A DNA stretch of 64,000 nt, taken from assembly GCA_965235115.1 (NCBI GenBank), contig OZ249436.1, positions 45,572,001-45,636,000 of the forward strand, written 5' to 3'. This DNA is from Laetmonice hystrix (lineage: Eukaryota). Shown piece after piece: positions 63,564 to 64,000 of the stretch; positions within the stretch are counted from its first letter, which is position 1; every line of letters begins with the position of its first letter. The position numbers and the translations under genes are program-made. Under the pieces are notes generated by a model. That model ran no database searches. It was not told the DNA's origin and saw nothing but the letters and a program-made list of their open reading frames with translations.

Positions 63564-64000
63564 GTAAGTGTTTGTGTTACGTTACCGTGAGATTTGAGTT
63601 TGACGGAACTGACAGTGACAGTCGGTGCACGTTGTGGCTGCCGCCATGTTGTTGTTCGGGTGATGTAAACAAACAGAAGCGTGCTCGATCAACTTGAAGA
63701 CATGAACGTCAGTCGTTTTGCTGTCAGCATTTTAAATCAGGTTGATTTAGATGAGTAGATGCATGACAGCATTTACTCTCGGAATGGGCGTTGTTGTCAT
63801 CACACTCATGTTGTGAGACTTTCTCCAAATCTATTTCTTGATCGAGTTTTGTTGAACGCATACATGACTGTGACATGTCATCACTAACTTAGACATCAGT
63901 CATGTGACTGAACTTCGCCTTCACCTCGGACGACCTACCGACTTTCACCTTGTTAAATAAAAGGTTGTTACCAAGTTTGTTGCGACTCGTACATCGTTAG

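Overview
Eukaryotic genomic DNA from an animal, probably a marine invertebrate, with spliced genes that I assembled by hand from GT-AG boundaries and reading-frame continuity. In order: NCBP1/CBP80 (+, 21 exons, one U12-type intron), SDHAF4 (-), HAUS6 (+, 21 coding exons), RSL24D1 (-), UBXN8 (-, 7 exons over 18.7 kb) and the first exon of S-adenosylmethionine synthase (+). UBXN8 intron 4 holds a nested antisense crotonase-family gene ending in the peroxisomal signal SRL. UBXN8 intron 1 holds an apparently intact Crypton-type tyrosine-recombinase transposon. Two signals stand out. (1) The Crypton has all catalytic residues, a possible Tudor/Agenet-like N-terminal domain, a long terminal hairpin and a 19-bp direct repeat bracketing a 5-kb unit. 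(2) Seven unrelated tandem duplications or minisatellites are anchored on exon-intron junctions, four of them in UBXN8, and several stack many copies of a real splice site. Homology calls rest on recalled motifs; no searches were run.
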